Below, piece by piece: positions 58,033-64,000 of a stretch of 64,000 nucleotides of DNA. How positions within the stretch are numbered: position 1 is the first letter of the stretch; each line of letters starts with the position of its first letter. The translations under genes were made by a program, and so were the position numbers. Under the pieces are notes generated by a model that searched no databases, was not told where the DNA came from, and was given only the letters and a program-made list of their open reading frames with translations. This DNA is from Candidatus Latescibacterota bacterium (GTDB taxonomy: Bacteria; Latescibacterota; UBA2968; UBA8231): NCBI GenBank assembly GCA_965242865.1, contig CBDETK010000008.1:56915-120914 (forward strand). The letters run 5' to 3'.

Positions 58033-58527
58033 GTGCCGGTTCCATATGACTCCAAGGCTGTGGCAAACTATTTCTTGAGTCAAGAGCACTTGACTCAGAT
58101 GAAGTTGCACAAGTTGATCTACTACGCACATGGTTGGCACCTAGCCCTTAGAGACGAGCCGCTGATGGACGAGTTCGTCGAGGCTTCGACGTACGGCCCC
58201 TTGATACCGACAGTATTCCATGAGTTCAAGGATGTCGGAACGTCACCTATTTCTAGGCTCGCGACGGACTTTGATCCGCTCACGGGTCGCTGGGATCGAA
58301 TTCCTGCGATCGATGCGGACGATCAAGCGACAGAGAGGCTGCTGGATCGTGTGTGGGCGGTATATAGAGTCTATTCGCTTGGTCAATTGATCCGCATGAC
58401 GCACGAACCGGGCACTCCTTGGTCGGAAACCCGCTCAGAGAATCGTGGCATCAAGAATGCCAACATTCCGAACGAGTTGATTCAATGCTTTTTCGTCGAT
58501 AAAATGAACGGAAAGGATCAGGAATAG
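58033..58527 (+). CDS. Panacea (DUF4065) domain protein, antitoxin-like
   Basis: YDSKAVANYFL...LTQMKLHKLIYYAHGWHLALRDEPLMDEFVEASTYGPLIPTVFHEFK matches the KLqKLlYya.g......pl....feAw.yGPv..v.. core. GTG 58033 follows GGCGAGGGAAG. AT-rich. Confidence 0.8.
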   Translation: MPVPYDSKAVANYFLSQEHLTQMKLHKLIYYAHGWHLALRDEPLMDEFVEASTYGPLIPTVFHEFKDVGTSPISRLATDFDPLTGRWDRIPAIDADDQATERLLDRVWAVYRVYSLGQLIRMTHEPGTPWSETRSENRGIKNANIPNELIQCFFVDKMNGKDQE

Positions 58528-58839
58528 TCATAAGAGATCGAGCTAGGGCAAATACGCGAGCGCGAAGATGTGCGAGATGATCTGCCGGAAGAGCAGCACA
58601 GTATTCGAATGACCAGCTAGTGTGCGGCAAGTGTGGGCTCCATGCCCATTCGCGAGCCGGAGCTGACCCTTCACGAGCCCTCGACAGAGTGCTATGCCGT
58701 GTGCGATGACGCCCCGGTGGCAGCCCCCGGGGCGATCAGCCGACGACCGAATTTCCCTAGCGACGGTCTGACCGGTCGGCCGGGTCGAATGCCCTTGCGC
58801 GATAATTGCCACGGGCCAAGACGGCTTTCGGCTGGACCG

Positions 58840-60033
58840 ATGCGGCGAACACTCAGCGCGGCGACATGCGCCTTGGCACTTTCGTCCATCCACGCCCAGT
58901 CCCCACCGGCACCTCCGTCCGATTCCGTTCAAGCGCGCTTCCAGAGCGCCCAGCAAGCACTCTCCGAGCATCGCTACGCCGAAGCCGAGACGGCTTTCGA
59001 GGAGCTGGTCGCAGCCGCCCCGAACCTTTCCGGGGCCCATGCCAATCTCGGCGTAGCCCGATACCTGCAGGGCCACTACGAAGAGGCGTCCAACGCTTTC
59101 CGCCGGGCACTCGAAATCAGTCCGTCGATGCCTAGCGTCGAACTGTACATGGGGCTGAGCCAAGCCAGGGCGGGACGAAGGGAGGAAGCCTTCCCCGCGC
59201 TGGCCCAGGGCTTTTGGAATGCGAGCGACGACGACTGGCGCCTTCAGGCGGGAATGATCCTCGCCGAGTTGCATGCCGCTCGCCACGAAGACGAAAAGGT
59301 CCTCGATGTCGTCCGGGCCCTGAAGAAAGCCTTTCCCGGCAATCCCGATGTCCTGTACGCGGCCTATCGCCTGCACTCCGACATGGGTGCGCGGACGCTC
59401 GCTGACTTGGTCCGCGAGGCGCCCGGATCCGCGCGTTTGCACCAAGTTACGGCGGAATTGCTGGTTAGCGAGGGAGACTACCCGCGCGCGGTGCGGCAGT
59501 ACCGCGAAGCGCTCAAGGTCGCGCCGCAATTGGGCGGATTGCATCGGGCTCTCGCGGTAGCCATCATGAACAGCAATCCAGATGAGGACGGCATCCGCGA
59601 AGCAGAGCAGGCACTCGAGCGCGAACTCGCTCTGAATCCGCGCGATGTCGAATCACTGTTCCAGTTGGGAGAGATCGCGTGGCGACGCGGCGACGAGGAG
59701 TCGGCCTTGCGACGCTACGAAGAGGTGCTCGAAGTGCAACCCACGTTCGTGGAGGGGCTGGTCGGGCTGGCCAAGGCGCTGATCGCTCGAGGCGAGTTCG
59801 GCCGTGCCGCCGAGCGTTTGGAATCCGCCGTCGGAATCGACTCCGAGCATGAAGTCGCCCGTTACCGCCTCGCACAAGCGTACCGACAGCTCGGCCGGCC
59901 AGAGGAAGCGGCCAAGGAGCTAGAGGAATTCCGGCGTATTCGCAGCGCTTCCGAGGCATTGAGCGCGATCTACCGCCAAGTCCAGCGCAGCACGGCCCCG
60001 AGCGACGACAGCGCTGCGGCGAGTTCTCAATGA
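58840..60033 (+). CDS. Secreted TPR repeat protein
   Basis: Signal peptide MRRTLSAATCALALSSIHA. About 8 TPR-like units (A..Y..AL...P). Stop overlaps the next ATG (ATGA at 60030-60033). Confidence 0.8.
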   Translation: MRRTLSAATCALALSSIHAQSPPAPPSDSVQARFQSAQQALSEHRYAEAETAFEELVAAAPNLSGAHANLGVARYLQGHYEEASNAFRRALEISPSMPSVELYMGLSQARAGRREEAFPALAQGFWNASDDDWRLQAGMILAELHAARHEDEKVLDVVRALKKAFPGNPDVLYAAYRLHSDMGARTLADLVREAPGSARLHQVTAELLVSEGDYPRAVRQYREALKVAPQLGGLHRALAVAIMNSNPDEDGIREAEQALERELALNPRDVESLFQLGEIAWRRGDEESALRRYEEVLEVQPTFVEGLVGLAKALIARGEFGRAAERLESAVGIDSEHEVARYRLAQAYRQLGRPEEAAKELEEFRRIRSASEALSAIYRQVQRSTAPSDDSAAASSQ

Positions 60034-61907
60034 GCGCTGCCCGTCTCCGAAGGTTACCTGCACGTCCTGTCGGCAAGAAGTCAATGGCAAGACACTCGAG
60101 ACGGCTCGACCGACACACGATCCGCCGGGCCGCAATCCTGTTGGTTTGCGCACTTCTCGGCTTGCTCGCTGTCGCTGAGGAGTCGCCGGATCCATCCTTC
60201 CACCTGCCCGGCGAATGGGGCGGTCCCGCTGGAGGCGATTTGGCCCGCATGGTGGATCCGTCCAACGACTCGTACGCCACCGAAGTCTACGCCGAAGAAA
60301 TCGCTGCGGAACTGCATGCTCTCGCTGATCAGCTGCTCGTAGATCCGACCGACGGCGAGGCCGTCCGTAGTTTGCTGGATCCGGTCTTTCGGGGCGCTCC
60401 GCTTGAAGGGCCTGACGAATCGAAGCGACAGGGAGGACTCGCAGTGTTCGAAAGCTCCCCGACCAAGGAGACGATTCTGAACGCGGATCAGTTCGCGGCC
60501 GCTTTCTCCGGGTTAGTTGGCCGCCACGGCCAACTCGAGAGTGCCGAGTTCCACGTCACCGGTCTGGCGGAGCGTACCGCGCGAGGGGAAACCGAAGTTG
60601 AATCGGTCGTCCATTACGCGTTGTTCGGTCCGACCGGCGATGGCAATGGATCCGTCCAGCAGACGGGCGAGTGGATCTTGACTTGGACTCGTCGCGCATC
60701 GGGTTGGAGCGTGCGGACATGGCAGACGAGCAAGCACAGCCGCGTCGAGGCTGTCCGTCCGCTCTTCACCGACGTGACCGAGCAGTCTCTGGGATCCAAC
60801 GAATCCTACTGGAAGCAGCTGACCTTGGGCGTCGATCATTGGCGGGCCGCCCTTGATGGCGCGATCGGCATCGATGTCTACGGACACCACGGCGTCAGCC
60901 TCGGGGACATTGATGGCGATGGAGATGACGACCTCTACGTAAGCCAGCCGTCCGGCCTCCCGAATCGGCTCTATCGCAACAATGGCGGATTGGTCTTCAC
61001 CGACATCACCCGAGCATCGAGCGCGGGGGTGCTGGACAGCACTTCCATGGCCCTGTTCGCCGACATTGACAATGACGGCGATCAGGATCTGACGCTGATC
61101 ACCGCGCGAGCCCCGATCCTCCTACGCAACGACGGCACGGGTTCGTTACAGCACGATCGGGACGCGTTCAGCTTCTCGGTCTCGCCGCGTGGTCAGCTCA
61201 CGTCGGCCGCAATGGCCGACTACGACCGCGACGGCGATCTCGACTTGTACGTCTGCTCCTATCGATTCCACGCCGGGGCCGGGGATCACCGTCCGCCCCA
61301 GCCGTATCACGACGCCAACAACGGGCCCCCGAACTTCTTCCTCCGCAACCGAGGGGACGGCACATTCGAGGAGGTCACCGCGGCGAGCGGCCTCAATGCG
61401 AACAACACGCGCTTCAGCTTCGCCGCCGCTTGGGCCGACTACGACGCTGACGGCTGGCCCGACCTTTACGTCGCGAACGACTTCGGTCGCAACAACCTCT
61501 ACCGCAATCGCGGCGATGGCACGTTCTCCGATGTTGCGGAACTCGCAGGCGTGGAAGATGTCGCCGCGGGCATGAGCGTCGCGTGGCTGGACCACGATTT
61601 GGACGGCAACCGAGACCTGTATGTCGGAAACATGTGGTCGTCAGCAGGCCTCCGCATCAGCGACAAGGCAGAATTCCGGGCGGGTTCCGCCACGGAAGCA
61701 CTGGCCCTCTACCGGCGTCACGCGAAAGGGAACTCTCTGTTCCGGGGCCTTGGCGAGGGACGCTTCGACGAGATTTCCTCGACGGCTGGGGTGGAGCGCG
61801 GGCGCTGGGCTTGGAGCAGCGACGCTGTCGATCTCGACAATGACGGCTACGAGGAACTCTATGTCGCCAACGGGTACGTCACGAACGCCAGCGACCGAGA
61901 TCTTTGA
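60030..61907 (+). CDS. CRTAC1-family FG-GAP repeat protein, N-terminal part of a gene split by an in-frame TGA
   Basis: DIDGDGDDDL, DIDNDGDQDL, DYDRDGDLDL, DYDADGWPDL, DHDLDGNRDL, DLDNDGYEEL. Ends ...NASDRDL*, and the same frame continues SFFWRQVVSRSP. Confidence 0.8.
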   Translation: MSAARLRRLPARPVGKKSMARHSRRLDRHTIRRAAILLVCALLGLLAVAEESPDPSFHLPGEWGGPAGGDLARMVDPSNDSYATEVYAEEIAAELHALADQLLVDPTDGEAVRSLLDPVFRGAPLEGPDESKRQGGLAVFESSPTKETILNADQFAAAFSGLVGRHGQLESAEFHVTGLAERTARGETEVESVVHYALFGPTGDGNGSVQQTGEWILTWTRRASGWSVRTWQTSKHSRVEAVRPLFTDVTEQSLGSNESYWKQLTLGVDHWRAALDGAIGIDVYGHHGVSLGDIDGDGDDDLYVSQPSGLPNRLYRNNGGLVFTDITRASSAGVLDSTSMALFADIDNDGDQDLTLITARAPILLRNDGTGSLQHDRDAFSFSVSPRGQLTSAAMADYDRDGDLDLYVCSYRFHAGAGDHRPPQPYHDANNGPPNFFLRNRGDGTFEEVTAASGLNANNTRFSFAAAWADYDADGWPDLYVANDFGRNNLYRNRGDGTFSDVAELAGVEDVAAGMSVAWLDHDLDGNRDLYVGNMWSSAGLRISDKAEFRAGSATEALALYRRHAKGNSLFRGLGEGRFDEISSTAGVERGRWAWSSDAVDLDNDGYEELYVANGYVTNASDRDL

Positions 61908-61928
61908 AGTTTCTTCTGGCGGCAAGTT

Positions 61929-63857
61929 GTGTCGCGCTCGCCCGCCGACGAGCGGTCGGCATCGGACTACGAATCCGCGTGGAGATCGATTACCGCACTC
62001 ATCGAAGCCGGGGAATCGTGGAGCGGGAACGAGCGGAACCTCTGCTACCTCAACAACCGTGACGGCACGTTTGCGGAAATCTCGGCGGTGGCCGGTCTCG
62101 ACTTTCCTGACGATGGGCGTGCGTTCGCTGCAGGGGATCTGGACGGTGACGGCGATCTCGATTTGGTGCTGAAGTCGCGCAACGCACCCGGCATCCGCAT
62201 CGTGCGCAACGACTGGTCCGCGGGCAATTCGATTCGCATCAGGGTGCGCGGCGGACCGGAGCGGCGTTCCGCGGCAGGTGCGGTCGCTACGGTTCAAACC
62301 GACGGTCGCCGTATGGAGAAAACTCCGCGCATCGGTTCGGGGTTCCTGTCGCAGCACTCTCAGGAACTGCACTTCGGACTCGGATCGGCGGATGACGTCG
62401 AAGAACTGCGTGTGAGTTGGCCTTCCGGGACAGAGCGAGTCTGGAGGAACTTGGCTGCGAATCGACGCTACTCGGTAGCCGAGGATTCGGATCGCATCGC
62501 TTCGATGGCATTCGAGACGACACCGCGAGATACCGGATCGAATGACGCGAACCGGCCGCTGCCGCCCGAACTGGCCTCGGGAACCTGGCTCGTCGAACCC
62601 CTCGCGGCACCGGATTGGGAACTCAAGGATCTCGATGGCCTCGCACGTAGCCTCTCGGATTTCCGGGGCGCTCCGCTCGCCGTGAATGTCTGGGCCACTT
62701 GGTGCCCGCCCTGCCGCGGCGAATTGCGGGACTTCCAGCGCAACTTGGGGGAGTTCGAGCAGGCTGGAGTGCAATTGGTCGCGGTCTCGGTTGACGAACC
62801 GGGCACTGCCACTGAGGTGGCCGCATTCGCCCGGGAGGAGCGATTGGGATTCCCAGTGCTGCTTGCGGATCGCGATTTCGTCACTGCCTACAACGTCCTG
62901 AAGCGCAACATGTTCAACCTCCGGTCCGATTTGCAGATTCCCACTACCTTCCTGCTGAACCGGGAAGGATTCATCGAACGCATCTATCAGGGCCGCATCG
63001 AACCGGAGCGCCTCTTACGCGACATGGAATTCCTGGATGAGCCTGCGGCAACCCGACTTGCCCGAGCCCTTCCGTTCGAAGGGCGCTTTCTCGGACCCGC
63101 GCCGATTCGAAACTACACCGCATTGGGGACGGAGCTGCTAGAAGGCGGTTTGTCTGGAGCAGCCCTGCCGTACTTCGAGGCCGCGGCCGAAAGAGTTCCG
63201 AACGACGCCATCCTTCAATTCAACCTCGGCACGGCTCTGGCCGCGCGGGGTTCGCTGGCTGCGGCGCAGTTCGCTTTCGACCGGGCCGTGCGATTGAATC
63301 CTGCCTACAGCGAGGCACGCAACAGCCTTGGAGTCGTTCTGGATCGCCTCGGGAACCAGGAAGCGGCCATCGATCAGTTTCGAGCAGCGGTCGAGGCCAG
63401 TCCATCGTACGAGAAGGCGATCGGCAACCTATCGACCGCCTATGCACGCTCCGGAAAATTGGATCTCGCCATCGCAATGCTGGAAGCGGCCATAGCCAGT
63501 GATCCGAGTGCGGTCAGATTGCTCAACCGCCTCGGTCGGCTACACGCCCGAAAAGGAGCTCTCGACGCCGCCCGGAACCGGTTCGACCAAGCGTTGAAGA
63601 CGGCACCGACGGATCCCGACACGCTCAATAATCTCGCGCTCCTCGCAGCCCAACGTGGGGAATTCGGCGAAGCGATGGCTCGGCTCCACGACCTCGTCGG
63701 TGCGCGACCCGACTTCGAACCCGCCTACCTCTCGCTCGCGCAGGTGCAGGCCGCGACGAACGATCCAGAGGGGGCCCGAGCGACGCTGGAAGCGCTTCTC
63801 GCGCGGCATCCGGGAAACGTGGAAGGGCGGAAGATGTTGGACGGGCTGGAGAACTAG
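61929..63857 (+). CDS. ASPIC/UnbV + thioredoxin-like (CPPC) + TPR protein. Same frame as 60030..61907
   Basis: GSGFLSQHSQELHFGLG...LRVSWPSG (UnbV), VNVWATWCPPCRGE (TlpA/redoxin-like), then TPR repeats to the end. Confidence 0.8.
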   Translation: MSRSPADERSASDYESAWRSITALIEAGESWSGNERNLCYLNNRDGTFAEISAVAGLDFPDDGRAFAAGDLDGDGDLDLVLKSRNAPGIRIVRNDWSAGNSIRIRVRGGPERRSAAGAVATVQTDGRRMEKTPRIGSGFLSQHSQELHFGLGSADDVEELRVSWPSGTERVWRNLAANRRYSVAEDSDRIASMAFETTPRDTGSNDANRPLPPELASGTWLVEPLAAPDWELKDLDGLARSLSDFRGAPLAVNVWATWCPPCRGELRDFQRNLGEFEQAGVQLVAVSVDEPGTATEVAAFAREERLGFPVLLADRDFVTAYNVLKRNMFNLRSDLQIPTTFLLNREGFIERIYQGRIEPERLLRDMEFLDEPAATRLARALPFEGRFLGPAPIRNYTALGTELLEGGLSGAALPYFEAAAERVPNDAILQFNLGTALAARGSLAAAQFAFDRAVRLNPAYSEARNSLGVVLDRLGNQEAAIDQFRAAVEASPSYEKAIGNLSTAYARSGKLDLAIAMLEAAIASDPSAVRLLNRLGRLHARKGALDAARNRFDQALKTAPTDPDTLNNLALLAAQRGEFGEAMARLHDLVGARPDFEPAYLSLAQVQAATNDPEGARATLEALLARHPGNVEGRKMLDGLEN

Positions 63858-64000
63858 TCCGAGGGCGAGCAGCGGGTGATCCTTCCATTCCGATAGCTGT
63901 CTAGGTCAGAATGGAAACCGGGCGAAACGCCTCCCGACAGTGCGCGTCAAGCAGCCGCTCAAATTTTCCTCCGGCGATCCGACGGGAGTTGGCTCGAGAT

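Noticed and set aside
58543-59544. 333-aa minus-strand ORF
   Set aside because: Antisense shadow of the TPR gene. Only its extreme 3' end (58543-58599) is mentioned, as a speculative mini-ORF.
61905-61960. Selenocysteine recoding of the in-frame TGA
   Set aside because: The only downstream structure is a 6-bp stem (cgctcg-N8-cgagcg) about 30 nt away. That is far weaker than a bacterial SECIS. The site is not a redox motif (the CPPC lies 800 nt downstream). A nonsense mutation is more parsimonious.
61641-62774. 377-aa minus-strand ORF
   Set aside because: Antisense shadow of the CRTAC1 / UnbV genes.

Overview
High-GC bacterial chromosomal segment. CarboxypepD_reg-type TonB-dependent receptors, CRTAC1/ASPIC-UnbV FG-GAP proteins, TPR fusions and Tat-signal sulfatases suggest an Acidobacteriota-like soil lineage (inference only). 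Core genes seen: lipA, tRNA-Leu(TAA), plsX-rpmF-yceD, queG, purA, tRNA-Arg(TCG), an enolase-superfamily dehydratase and an MFS transporter. Several visibly AT-richer accessory patches interrupt this backbone. (1) 4.0-8.8 kb holds a type II-like R-M pair, a C5-methyltransferase relic and a Fic protein. (2) 21.4-26.9 kb holds an orphan AAA_21-type ATPase, a 947-aa nuclease-like/N6-methyltransferase/TRD fusion and an ImmA/IrrE protease without an Xre partner. (3) 30.2-37.3 kb is an insertion between two sulfatase paralogs. It carries a DUF4143 ATPase and, at the window centre, a 1655-aa secreted protein with two TbpB/fHbp-like beta-barrel modules, a repeat array I cannot assign to a family, and G9/C12 homopolymer tracts around its start codon. 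(4) 44.2-50.4 kb is a tRNA-Arg-proximal island with an ATPase, a decayed DUF4338/ISAs1 element, an unassignable ATGA-coupled two-gene cassette with an in-frame TAG, and a 426-bp MITE-like element. (5) 58.0-58.5 kb holds an orphan Panacea-domain gene inside a CRTAC1 / multiheme-cytochrome-TPR / TonB-receptor cluster, one gene of which is split by an in-frame TGA. My best candidates for something undescribed are the giant, possibly phase-variable surface protein and the 47.9-49.4 kb cassette. Many long ORFs in the track are antisense or alternate-frame shadows typical of high-GC DNA and are rejected. All family calls rest on motifs read by eye. No database search was run.
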